Shown one piece after another: positions 29,482-38,382 of a DNA stretch of 64,000 nucleotides (position 1 is its first letter; each line of letters begins with the position of its first letter). The translations under genes and the position numbers were made by a program. This DNA comes from Candidatus Harrisonbacteria bacterium (GTDB lineage Bacteria > Patescibacteriota > Minisyncoccia > UBA6257 > 02-FULL-45-10c), in the NCBI GenBank assembly GCA_016192685.1, contig JACPTS010000001.1, forward strand, positions 394,628 through 458,627, in the 5' to 3' direction. The notes under the pieces were generated by a model, which did not search any database, was not told the DNA's origin, and saw only the letters and a program-made list of their open reading frames with translations.

Positions 29482-29547
29482 TAATTTAAAATTAACATAT
29501 TTTTGAGATTGACAGTTAGGAATAAATGGATTATTCTTGGAAAGGTT

Positions 29548-29877
29548 ATGATAAATGAATCTATTTTGCCAAAAATTAAAGCTGGAGCTACGGTGAAAGT
29601 TTATGAGAAAGTAAAAGAGGGGGATAAAGAGCGGCTGGCCCAATTTTCCGGTTTGGTTTTAGCGAGAAAACACGGCAGTGAACCGGGCGCCACTTTTACC
29701 GTCCGGACGACGGTAGCCGGAGTTGGCGTGGAAAAAGTTTACCCAATCCATTCGCCGGTAATTGAAAAAGTGATGATTTTGAGTTCGCCAAGAAAGGTAA
29801 AAAGGGCAAAGCTTTATTATGTCCGGGATCTTTCCCGCCGCCAAATTCGGCAAAAAGTAAGCGCCGCCCAACAATAA
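29548..29877 (+). CDS. rplS: 50S ribosomal protein L19
   Basis: EGDKER...FSG.V, TFTVR....GVGVEK.YP.HSP, VKRAKLYY.R. Confidence 0.96.
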   Translation: MINESILPKIKAGATVKVYEKVKEGDKERLAQFSGLVLARKHGSEPGATFTVRTTVAGVGVEKVYPIHSPVIEKVMILSSPRKVKRAKLYYVRDLSRRQIRQKVSAAQQ

Positions 29878-30002
29878 GCCAACTTTTTTCTTTTTAGTTC
29901 TTGATTTAAATATTTTTTATTAATATATATTGGCATACGCTATTACCTTGAGGTATGGTATAATATATTATTAAATATTAAGCGCCAGGTAGTAATAAAA
30001 AT

Positions 30003-30653
30003 ATGGGAAAACCGCAGAATAAAGTAAAAATTAAATGGACATCAGAGTTTGCTTATGCAATTGGCCTTATAACAACTGACGGATCTTTATCTAAAGATGG
30101 GAGGCACATAGATCTTACTTCTAATGATCGTGAGCAACTAGAGAATTTTTTATTATGCCTGAAAAGTAAAAATAAAATTGGATTTAAACATAAAAATCAC
30201 GGTAGCGCTTTGAGGATTCAACTTGGAGATGTAAATTTTTATAAATTCTTAGGCGGGATAGGACTTATGCCAAATAAGACAAAAATAATCCAAGATGTTA
30301 AAGTGCCAAAAAAATACTTCTTTGATTTTTTGCGGGGACATTTTGATGGCGATGGGAGTTTTTATTCTTATTGGGATCCGCGCTGGAAATCAAGTTATAT
30401 GTTTTACACGGTTTTTATTTCCGCAAGTAAAAATCATATTCAATGGATTAGAGAAAGCATCAAAAGGATTTTACAAATAAAAGGTCATATTACTAAAAGC
30501 ATTAATAATTCGGTATATCAGTTAAAATATGCCAAAGCTGAATCGTTGAAATTATTGCCTAAATTGTATTATAGTAAAGACGTTATCTGTTTATCTCGGA
30601 AGCGTATAAAAATAGAAAAAGCTTTGGCAATAATAAATCAAAAGATAAAATAA
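30003..30653 (+). CDS. Free-standing LAGLIDADG endonuclease-like protein
   Basis: Two motifs, YAIGLITTDGSL and FLRGHFDGDGSF; AT-rich gene. Confidence 0.85.
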   Translation: MGKPQNKVKIKWTSEFAYAIGLITTDGSLSKDGRHIDLTSNDREQLENFLLCLKSKNKIGFKHKNHGSALRIQLGDVNFYKFLGGIGLMPNKTKIIQDVKVPKKYFFDFLRGHFDGDGSFYSYWDPRWKSSYMFYTVFISASKNHIQWIRESIKRILQIKGHITKSINNSVYQLKYAKAESLKLLPKLYYSKDVICLSRKRIKIEKALAIINQKIK

Positions 30654-30654
30654 T

Positions 30655-30740
30655 GCGCGGGTGATGAAATGGTATACATGCCAGCTTGAGGTGCTGGTGT
30701 CCGCAAGGACGTGGAGGTTCGACTCCTCTCCCGCGCACCA
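30655..30740 (+). tRNA. tRNA-Leu(GAG)
   Basis: CCAGC-TTGAGGT-GCTGG anticodon arm, variable arm, CCA end. Confidence 0.95.
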
Positions 30741-30798
30741 GTTATATTAACTCAAACCAATTGACACTACTGATACACTTTTGATACACTAATAGCAT

Positions 30799-31026
30799 AT
30801 GGCCTCTATTACTAAAACGCGAATCAATATAAGTTTGCCAGACGAGTTGAAAGAGGCGCTTCATAAACTTGCGAAACGAGACCGTATCCCGGAAGCAACT
30901 AAAGCGGCGCGGCTTCTTGAAGTAGCGCTTGAACTTGAAGAAGATCAGGTTTGGAATGAAATCGCAGAAAAACGAGACAAGAAAAAAGCTCGCTTTGTTT
31001 CGCATACAAAAGCGTGGAAAGAATAA
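30799..31026 (+). CDS. Ribbon-helix-helix antitoxin
   Basis: RINISLP..L..AL..LA; overlaps relE-like gene. Confidence 0.75.
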   Translation: MASITKTRINISLPDELKEALHKLAKRDRIPEATKAARLLEVALELEEDQVWNEIAEKRDKKKARFVSHTKAWKE

Positions 31027-31304
31027 CTTTTGAAATCTTCTACCATTATCTTGTTGCGGAGAACGACATTCCAAAACTCCCAACCTCATGGAAAAAGAAA
31101 ATCCGGCGCGCTATTGATTCAAAACTTGCGACTAGGCCGGACGTCTATGGCAAACCGCTTCGCCGTTCACTAAAAAACTACCGTAAGCTTCGCGTTGGAG
31201 ATTACCGAGTTATTTTTAAAATTGAAAAAAGTGTTGTAAGAATATTTGTTATTCAACATCGATCTGTAGTCTATGCCGTTGCCGAAAAACGGGTTAATCG
31301 TTAA
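31014..31304 (+). CDS. RelE/ParE-family toxin
   Basis: GKPLRRSLKNYRKLRVGDYRVIF..I.HRS.VY. Confidence 0.88.
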   Translation: MERITFEIFYHYLVAENDIPKLPTSWKKKIRRAIDSKLATRPDVYGKPLRRSLKNYRKLRVGDYRVIFKIEKSVVRIFVIQHRSVVYAVAEKRVNR

Positions 31305-31374
31305 AGAAAATTTTTTAATAATATTCGTAATTATTTGATATAAGAAACGGCAGAGATGCTGGTTTTTATTGGAC

Positions 31375-31403
31375 TTGACAGATTGGCATAAATTTGCTAT
31401 ATT
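31375..31403 (+). promoter_or_regulatory. sigma70 promoter
   Basis: TTGACA-17 bp-TATATT. Confidence 0.65.
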
Positions 31404-31450
31404 ACAATGAAGCTGAAAGTTGTACATTTCTATTAGAAAAGGAGGAAGAG

Positions 31451-32233
31451 ATGAGGGGAAAACCAGCAGTGGTCACCGTTACGATGCACTATCTTGGTGG
31501 TGACTCTCCGTATCTTAAAGCGAAACTCAACAGGGAGATCAGTGAACAGGAATACAATGCCCTATTTCGAGGGTTGACCTCTAAGGGCGCGGAGAAGAGT
31601 GTCTACTACGATCAAACTGATGATACTGGCATCTACGTCGCCAAGAGTGATAACGGAACGTGGGGCGAGGCAAAGTCATATCTTGTCAAAAGCCTGAAAA
31701 AGGTTTTTGGCGGGGCGACTAGCATCACCATCATCGAGCCTCAGTGGAAACCGGTGGCTGGTCAGAAAGCCACGATTCTCACCGGCTGGAACTGGGGCGG
31801 CTTCAAAGTGAAGTTCGCCAAAAAAATATCCAAGGAGCAATGCAGTGCCTTGAGTGAAGAGATCGCCCCCGAGGGTCCAGTCGAAAACGGCATAACCGAA
31901 GGCGAAGTAAAGCGCACTGGCATAGAGTTCAGTATCGAAGATGCCAAGCTGGAAGATGTTGTCAAGTGTCTGAAAGTGGTGCTAAAGAAAATCCTTGGCC
32001 AGAACATCAAGATCGTGCATAAGCATGAGGCGCGAAAGCTGAGGAAATATTCGGTTCCCTGCATGGACTGCAAGAAACTACACCGCGGACAAGATGAACT
32101 CTGTGACAGTTGCAGAGAGGAAGACGAGGGCTACCAATCAGTCATACGTGAGGAAGCAGCTTTGGATCCTACGGGTCCTGCTGCCTACATTATCTCGGGT
32201 GGCCACTCGGAACTACGTCGGGGGTGGAGCTGA
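31451..32233 (+). CDS. Hypothetical protein with duplicated alpha/beta unit and C-terminal CxxC..CxxC
   Basis: AGGAGG SD before ATG 31451; codon style differs from neighbours. Confidence 0.7.
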   Translation: MRGKPAVVTVTMHYLGGDSPYLKAKLNREISEQEYNALFRGLTSKGAEKSVYYDQTDDTGIYVAKSDNGTWGEAKSYLVKSLKKVFGGATSITIIEPQWKPVAGQKATILTGWNWGGFKVKFAKKISKEQCSALSEEIAPEGPVENGITEGEVKRTGIEFSIEDAKLEDVVKCLKVVLKKILGQNIKIVHKHEARKLRKYSVPCMDCKKLHRGQDELCDSCREEDEGYQSVIREEAALDPTGPAAYIISGGHSELRRGWS

Positions 32234-32247
32234 AAAAGGAGGTGAAG

Positions 32248-32502
32248 ATGGAAATGATCGTCGGAGTGTTGAAAGCGGGCATGATGGGTCACCGCGCCTT
32301 CGCGGGATTCATGACGGCGCTGGTGTTTTGGAAGAACGCGCAAGTGAGAGAGATCTGTCTCATCCTCGGCCTGATGGGATTCATCAGGGGAGCGATGGCA
32401 TATCTTGGCTTCTCGAAGAGCGACGCACTCATAACATCTGGATTCGTCGCCATCTTCGTAGCCTCTCTCGTCCATGCCGCCATTCGTAAGTTCGGAGGTT
32501 AA
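32248..32502 (+). CDS. Small 3-TM membrane protein
   Basis: AAGGAGGTGA SD, hydrophobic, followed by terminator. Confidence 0.65.
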   Translation: MEMIVGVLKAGMMGHRAFAGFMTALVFWKNAQVREICLILGLMGFIRGAMAYLGFSKSDALITSGFVAIFVASLVHAAIRKFGG

Positions 32503-32517
32503 CAAAATCTCTGATAT

Positions 32518-32553
32518 GGGCCACATCGTAATTTTTACGATGTGGCCCTTTTC
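32518..32553 (+). terminator. Intrinsic terminator
   Basis: GGGCCACATCGTAA-ttt-TTACGATGTGGCCC followed by TTTT. Confidence 0.8.
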
Positions 32554-32564
32554 ATTTTGTAAAA

Positions 32565-32725
32565 GAATTTGCCGCTAAAGAAAAATTGGAAATTGTCACC
32601 CGCCTTCGTTAAAACTTCGGCGGGACAAGTCGGTGCGGCGGTCTTGCCCTGAGTTTATCGAAGGGAGCCGCGGGTAATTTCAGGGCAAAATGCGTTCGGA
32701 CTAATTCAAGAATACCGCACCAAAA
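32565..32725. repeat. Composite intergenic repeat related to the 51949-52128 element, with nested palindromes
   Basis: GAATTTGCCGCTAAAGAAAAATTGGAAATTGTC resembles the reverse complement of 52095-52127; nested CCCGCC..GGCGGG and TTGCCCTGAGTTTATCGAAGGG. Confidence 0.6.
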
Positions 32726-32736
32726 TTTACTGAATG

Positions 32737-33456
32737 CTAAAAACCGTTTTTTGAAAATTCGTTCAGCGCTTTTTGTTGCGCGTCCTCAAGATGAATGGAC
32801 GGCCGCTTTGCTTTGATGATGGCGAGGGCTTCGTCAACGCTTTTGCCCTTTTTAATAAGGTAGGCGGCCACTAAAGTTGGCGCGCGGCCGTGGCCGTTTT
32901 TGCAGTGGATGTAAATTTTCTTTTTCATATTCACGAATTTTTCTAAAGTTGAAGCGCCAAAATCCAACTGCTCTTTGGTGGGGGCGGAGTGGTCTTTGAT
33001 GGGAATCCAGGTGTAAAATTGAACCCCAAAGGGCGCGTCAATCCGATTTTCTTCCAGAGATATGTCCGCTTCAATGTTTTCTTTCTTTAATTGTTCATCA
33101 AAATGGGTCTTACAACACTGATTCGTTCCGATATAAATGCCGTCGGTAATATAGTTAAAATCCAGTTGTCCTTTCGCCGGAGAATGGCCCAGCGCCGGTT
33201 TTTCTCCCGAAGCCCATTTCGTCAGTTCTTCATAAGAAGTTTCGCCGCAAATAAATTTTCCGCTTTCGGTGTTAATGAAAAAGGGGACGCCGCCGCAAAG
33301 TTCTTTGTCATACTCCCGCATCTTTTTTAAATTTTCTTCATTATGCCAAACCTCGTATTTTTCAATATCAATGCCGGTCTCTTTTTTGAGGCGCGGAAAA
33401 AACTCCGCCATTTTCAAGCAATGCGGGCATTCTTGCCCGTAAAATTCTATAAGCAT
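32737..33456 (-). CDS. Thioredoxin/glutaredoxin-like domain fused to dual-specificity phosphatase
   Basis: N-terminal CPHC...GVPF; C-terminal IKDHSAP and HCKNGHGRA (CX5R). Confidence 0.85.
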   Translation of the reverse strand: MLIEFYGQECPHCLKMAEFFPRLKKETGIDIEKYEVWHNEENLKKMREYDKELCGGVPFFINTESGKFICGETSYEELTKWASGEKPALGHSPAKGQLDFNYITDGIYIGTNQCCKTHFDEQLKKENIEADISLEENRIDAPFGVQFYTWIPIKDHSAPTKEQLDFGASTLEKFVNMKKKIYIHCKNGHGRAPTLVAAYLIKKGKSVDEALAIIKAKRPSIHLEDAQQKALNEFSKNGF

Positions 33457-33461
33457 ATATT

Positions 33462-33890
33462 TTACTCCACGATAATCGTTCCCGTGTCGCCGGGATTTAG
33501 ATGGTTGTGATATTTCCAGGTGCCGGCAATATCAAATTTAAACGGCCAAGAATCGCCTGGCTGAATTCCTTTGCAGGCATCAAAGGCGCTGCTTATACAG
33601 CCGCCGGTTGCGGGATATAACGTATGCGTCGGATGAATCGCCGAAGCGGTCCACATTGTTTTTGAACTTTCATTTTTAAAAGTAACCGTTCCCCCCTTTT
33701 TTATTGTTAACGCGGATGGCGAAAATCCAGAGTCGGTGTAAGTTACCGTATTAGTTAATGGTTGAGCGGTCGGCTGTTGGCTTGGCAGTTGAGAAACTGG
33801 CGGCGCGGGTTGATAGGCGCTCCTTAACAAGAAGTAACCGCCCGCAGCGATAATCGCTACGGCGACAATAGTAATAATAGTTTTGTTCAT
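33462..33890 (-). CDS. Cupredoxin/plastocyanin-like exported protein
   Basis: GFSP..LTI.KG.TVTFKN, HPTH, GTWKYHNHL..TG.IIV. Confidence 0.8.
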   Translation of the reverse strand: MNKTIITIVAVAIIAAGGYFLLRSAYQPAPPVSQLPSQQPTAQPLTNTVTYTDSGFSPSALTIKKGGTVTFKNESSKTMWTASAIHPTHTLYPATGGCISSAFDACKGIQPGDSWPFKFDIAGTWKYHNHLNPGDTGTIIVE

Positions 33891-34246
33891 TGATTTATTT
33901 TTTGCGGCAAGGAATCAATCATCAGCGCCAAGGCCGCGACCAAAAGTCCGATATCCCGTACTGTTATATCAGTAATGCCAGCAACCATAAGAACAATAAT
34001 AAGATGGCTTGCTCCGACGAGAGCGGCCAACCAGGTTAAAACATCAATCAACAAGAAAAAACCGACAGTAATATCTAAAATGGCTACCCCAATCATTGTT
34101 TGAGAAACGGGAATTGGTAAAAGTGAAGCCGCCCAAGTTTGAATATAGCCGCCCCAAGCCTCCGGATTTTTGAAAATCAAAACGCCAATCCAAAGAAAAG
34201 TTATGGCCAGTCCGACTCTTAAAATATGGAATGAAGTTTTTTTCAT
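33887..34246 (-). CDS. DoxX-family membrane protein
   Basis: LRVGLA..FLW.G...F..P; VRDIGL. Confidence 0.75.
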   Translation of the reverse strand: MKKTSFHILRVGLAITFLWIGVLIFKNPEAWGGYIQTWAASLLPIPVSQTMIGVAILDITVGFFLLIDVLTWLAALVGASHLIIVLMVAGITDITVRDIGLLVAALALMIDSLPQKINQ

Positions 34247-34247
34247 A

Positions 34248-34658
34248 TCAAATCACTGTGCTTACCAATATTATAATTCCCATCAGCCAAATAGTAAAAG
34301 CCGACATCAGACACCAAAAACACCAGGCGTGAATGACGCGCCATTGAAGGTAAGTCAGAAAAAAAGATACAAGCGAAGCAACGGCCACTAAAATTTTTAG
34401 AGCGGAATTCCACATAAACATCGGCTCAACCCCAATCACCAGAAACGCGGCAATCAATGAAATAATAATGTAAGACAAAAGCCCCAAAATATCGTTGGGA
34501 ATAAGAAACATTTTGTTGTATTTGCTGGTCAAAACAGTTGCGCAACCGCCGCCAATCGGGCAAATCGGTTTTTCGGAAGCAATTCTCTTGCGGATAAGAT
34601 AAACGGTTTCACTGATGCCGATGGCCGAAAGCGTAAAAAGTAAAGCCAAGGAAGTCAT
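34248..34658 (-). CDS. Vitamin K epoxide reductase (VKOR) family protein
   Basis: C.....C..VL.S.Y...F.IP...LG, active-site CFWC. Confidence 0.9.
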   Translation of the reverse strand: MTSLALLFTLSAIGISETVYLIRKRIASEKPICPIGGGCATVLTSKYNKMFLIPNDILGLLSYIIISLIAAFLVIGVEPMFMWNSALKILVAVASLVSFFLTYLQWRVIHAWCFWCLMSAFTIWLMGIIILVSTVI

Positions 34659-34761
34659 GCTGATATCATATTATAAAATTAAAATTTTGAAAAATTTAAT
34701 TCGCTAAAGTTTTCTTCGCTGGAAGCTTTTTTCTTTTTTTAAAAGGATTATAATTTAAATT

Positions 34762-35340
34762 ATGTTTGAGATTATTACCGAAGCGATTGTTTTGGACAAA
34801 GAAGACCTTGGCGAATCCGACAGCCGAGTTTTTTTATACACCAAAGATTTGGGGAAAGTAGCGGCTAAAGCAACCAGCTTGCGGAAAATTACTTCTAAGC
34901 TGGCGGCCCATCTGGAGCCGTTTAATTGGGTAACGGCGCGGCTGGTTTCCCGTTCGGATTTCGCGGATAGCCGGAATTTCCAGCTGGCTGAAGCTCTTTT
35001 AATTGACAATGCCGGAGATTTAAAATCCAATCCGGCCAATTTGCGGCAGGCGATTGAAGCTGTAAATTTAATCCGAAAAAGCATTCCGGAGAGCGCGCCA
35101 GACGAGAATCTTTGGCAAGTTTTGCAGAACATCCGTTCCCAAAAAACAATCTATTCCATTCAAGAAATTTTGAAAATTTTAGGTTTGGATTTGGAGTTTG
35201 CCGGCTGTGAACTGTGCCGGAAACCCGGCCCGGAATATTTTTACCCTAGAGGGAATTTTTTTACTTGCCGGACCTGCCGTTTGGCCTCTAAAGAAACCAA
35301 AGAAAATTTTATCCGTTTATGCGCCTTAATTCAAAAATAG
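34762..35340 (+). CDS. recO: DNA repair protein RecO
   Basis: TEAIVL....GESD.....YT..LGKV.A.A..RK..SKL..HLEP; CxxC..CxxC. Confidence 0.85.
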   Translation: MFEIITEAIVLDKEDLGESDSRVFLYTKDLGKVAAKATSLRKITSKLAAHLEPFNWVTARLVSRSDFADSRNFQLAEALLIDNAGDLKSNPANLRQAIEAVNLIRKSIPESAPDENLWQVLQNIRSQKTIYSIQEILKILGLDLEFAGCELCRKPGPEYFYPRGNFFTCRTCRLASKETKENFIRLCALIQK

Positions 35341-37043
35341 TTAATTTGACTATCGCGGCTTTCGTCGCTATTTCTTTAGCCAGTTCTTTTTATATTTTTG
35401 TTTTGCGTGACCGAAGCGCTTTGAATTTGGAGCTGGAGGCGCCGGAAGAAATTTTAACCGGAGTTCCTTTTGATTTAAGAGTGAATTTCAGCAATAATTC
35501 CGGAAATTTAATCAGCGATGTCCGATTATCGGTAGTTTTGCCGGAGGGAGCCGCCTTTTTCGGTAAAGACCCGCGAAAAAATATTGATAATAAGCCGTTA
35601 GGCAATATCGGCGACGGCAGTTTGGTTCAGGAAACTTATAAAGTAATTGTTTTTTCCGCCGAGCCGACCGGAAAAGAATTCAAAGCAGCCGTGAATTATG
35701 CCCCGGCGTCTTTGGGGTCCCGGGTCCGTTTTGAAAAATCCGAAACCATAGCGATAGAACCCCGGTCTGCCGGCATTAAGATGGAAATGGCCGCTCCGGG
35801 AGAAACCGTCAGCGGCGACCAATTTTCTTTGGACATTGCTTATCGGAATGTTTCGGAACTGGATTTTTCCGATTTGGAATTGCGTTTGGAGTACCCGCCT
35901 AATTTTACCTTTGCCAGCGCTTCTTTAAAGCCGGATAGCGGCAATAATGTCTGGCTGCTTGGCGATCTTAGAAAAAATTCCGAAGGCAAATTTTCCGTGA
36001 AGGGAAATTTAATCGGCAGCGAAGGCGAATCTTTTGAATTTAAGGCGGAGCTTGCCAGCCGCCAGGGAGGTTATTCTTATTTGGTAAGCCAAGGTTCGGT
36101 GAAGACGGCCATCAGCTCTTCGCCGCTTTCTTTGGCAATTCATTTAAATAACGGAGAAGATTATATTGCCAGGCCGGGAGATAATTTAAATTACACCATT
36201 AGCTACATTAATAATACTGATTCCCTATTAAGCAATGTGGCCATTAGAGCAAAATTAATTGGCGAGCTGTTTGATTTGAGTTCGGTGCAGACTCAAGCCA
36301 CGCCTGCCGGCGGGCAGGGATTTTTTCGGCCAACAGACAGCACTTTAATTTGGAACTCGGCTAACGCGCCGGATTTAGCCTCCTTACCCCCGGGGAAAGC
36401 TGGAGTGGTAAATTTCAGCGTGAAAATCAAAGAAATTTACCCAATCCGCCGTTTCAGCGATAAGAATTTTCTTTTGAAAGTTCAGGCGGAATCTGAAAGC
36501 AACGGGCGGATTTTTAGCAAGGTCCAATCGGAGACTAAATTGATTGGCAAGGCGGAAGTTGACGCCAAAGCTTATTTTAGGGACGCCGAGTCCGGGTTTT
36601 TAAATCAGGGTCTTTTGCCGCTGAAGATTGGCCAGCCGACCAATTTTACTATCCATTGGCTGGTAAAAAGCTTTGCCAATGATCTTTCCAATATTGAAGT
36701 GCGGGGAGCGTTAGGTAATAATGTTAAGATGGTTGGCGCGCCGAAGAGCAATGCCGGAGCACCGCCGTTTTATTCCGTCGGAGGCAATGAAGTAGTTTGG
36801 CAGATAGAAAAAATCCAGGCCAATCAGGGATTAATTGGCATTCCGATTGAAGCGGTTTTTCAGGTGGAAGTTTTGCCGGAGGCCGGCAATGTCGGAAATT
36901 ATATCCAAATTTTAGGGCCGACGGGCATTAAGGCTTTGGATAGTTTTACCGGCCAGGAATTATCCAACAGCGATGGAGCGTTGACTACTGCTTTGCCGGA
37001 TGACTCTACTGTTGGGCAGCAGGGAGGAGTAGTCCAGCCTTAG
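35319..37043 (+). CDS. Large exported Ig-like (DUF11-like) repeat protein
   Basis: N-terminal TM; repeated PGD.L.YTI.Y.N / W.LGDL beta-sandwich units. Confidence 0.7.
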   Translation: MRLNSKIVNLTIAAFVAISLASSFYIFVLRDRSALNLELEAPEEILTGVPFDLRVNFSNNSGNLISDVRLSVVLPEGAAFFGKDPRKNIDNKPLGNIGDGSLVQETYKVIVFSAEPTGKEFKAAVNYAPASLGSRVRFEKSETIAIEPRSAGIKMEMAAPGETVSGDQFSLDIAYRNVSELDFSDLELRLEYPPNFTFASASLKPDSGNNVWLLGDLRKNSEGKFSVKGNLIGSEGESFEFKAELASRQGGYSYLVSQGSVKTAISSSPLSLAIHLNNGEDYIARPGDNLNYTISYINNTDSLLSNVAIRAKLIGELFDLSSVQTQATPAGGQGFFRPTDSTLIWNSANAPDLASLPPGKAGVVNFSVKIKEIYPIRRFSDKNFLLKVQAESESNGRIFSKVQSETKLIGKAEVDAKAYFRDAESGFLNQGLLPLKIGQPTNFTIHWLVKSFANDLSNIEVRGALGNNVKMVGAPKSNAGAPPFYSVGGNEVVWQIEKIQANQGLIGIPIEAVFQVEVLPEAGNVGNYIQILGPTGIKALDSFTGQELSNSDGALTTALPDDSTVGQQGGVVQP

Positions 37044-37048
37044 TTATT

Positions 37049-38380
37049 ATGGAGAATTTAATGGAAAAAATAATCAGTCTTTGCAAACGGCGGGGTTTTA
37101 TTTTCCCTGGTTCGGAAATTTACGGCGGACTGGCTAACAGCTGGGATTTTGGCCATGCCGGAACAGAGCTTTTCAATAATATTTCGGCGCTTTGGTGGAA
37201 AAAATTTGTACAAGAGCGTCCGGATATGCTGGGCATTCGCGGGCCAGTACTGATGAATCCGAAAGTTTGGGAAGCGTCCGGGCATGTAAAAAATTTTACC
37301 GACCCGCTGGTGGAATGCCGGGTATGCCACGCCCGTTTTCGGGCTGACAAGGAAAAAGAATTAAAAGAACACGCCAAAGAACATAAAGAAAAAGATATTT
37401 GGACCGAATCAAAATTATTCAGTCTTTTAGTCAAAACTTTTCTCGGTCCGGTAGAAGACCAGCAATTAATGGTTTATCTCCGCGGGGAATTGGCGCAAAC
37501 GATGTTTACTGATTTTAAGATAATGCTGGAAACTAATCGCCGAAAATTGCCTTTTGGCATTGCTCAGATTGGAAAGGTGTTTAGAAATGAAGTTACCACG
37601 GGAAATTTTATTTTCCGAAGCCGGGAATTTCATATTGCCGAGCTGGAATATTTTGTAAAGCCGGGGAAAGAAGACGCTGTATTTTATTCTTGGGCAGAAG
37701 CAATTGAAAAATTTTTGACAGCTGAATTAGGGTTGAAAAAAGAAAATTTGCGGCAATACGAACACCCCTCAAAAGACCTTGCCCATTATTCCAAAGGAAC
37801 TATTGATTTCCAATATCGTTTTCCGTGGGGATGGGACGAATTGTGGGGATTGGCATCGCGGACGGATTACGATTTGAAGAATCACGAACAGCTTTCCGGT
37901 CAGAATTTAAAATATAAAGACCCAGAAAGCGGCGAAGAATTTTGGCCGTATGTGGTGGAGCCGAGCGTTGGATTGGAGCGGCTGATGCTGGCGGTATTAT
38001 TGGATGGTTATACGGAAACTGAAGCGCGTTCCGGGAAAGAAGACGCGGTGCATGAGGTTGAGACGGTGCTTCGCCTTAAAAAATCATTATCGCCGGTCAA
38101 GGTTGCGGTTTTGCCGCTTTCCAAGAAAGAAAATTTATCTAAAAAGGCGCAGGAAATTTATCAAGATTTAATTAAAGATTTTGTTTGTGAATATGATGAA
38201 ACTCAAAGCATTGGCAAGCGCTACCGCCGGCAGGATGAAATCGGCACGCCGTATTGCGTAACCGTGGATTTTGAGTCGTTGGAAGATAACGCGGTTACTG
38301 TTCGCGATCGGGATACTATGAAACAAGATCGTATTAAAATTGCCGAACTAAAAGGTTATTTAAAAGAAAAATTGGCATAA
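37049..38380 (+). CDS. glyQS: Glycyl-tRNA synthetase (alpha2 type)
   Basis: CKRRGFIFPGSEIYGG, PFGIAQIGK.FRNE, SIGKRYRRQDEIGTP. Confidence 0.96.
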   Translation: MENLMEKIISLCKRRGFIFPGSEIYGGLANSWDFGHAGTELFNNISALWWKKFVQERPDMLGIRGPVLMNPKVWEASGHVKNFTDPLVECRVCHARFRADKEKELKEHAKEHKEKDIWTESKLFSLLVKTFLGPVEDQQLMVYLRGELAQTMFTDFKIMLETNRRKLPFGIAQIGKVFRNEVTTGNFIFRSREFHIAELEYFVKPGKEDAVFYSWAEAIEKFLTAELGLKKENLRQYEHPSKDLAHYSKGTIDFQYRFPWGWDELWGLASRTDYDLKNHEQLSGQNLKYKDPESGEEFWPYVVEPSVGLERLMLAVLLDGYTETEARSGKEDAVHEVETVLRLKKSLSPVKVAVLPLSKKENLSKKAQEIYQDLIKDFVCEYDETQSIGKRYRRQDEIGTPYCVTVDFESLEDNAVTVRDRDTMKQDRIKIAELKGYLKEKLA

Positions 38381-38382
38381 GC

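Noticed and set aside
30003-30653. Intein or intron-encoded endonuclease
   Set aside because: No flanking extein, no C/S start or HN end, and the adjacent tRNA is uninterrupted
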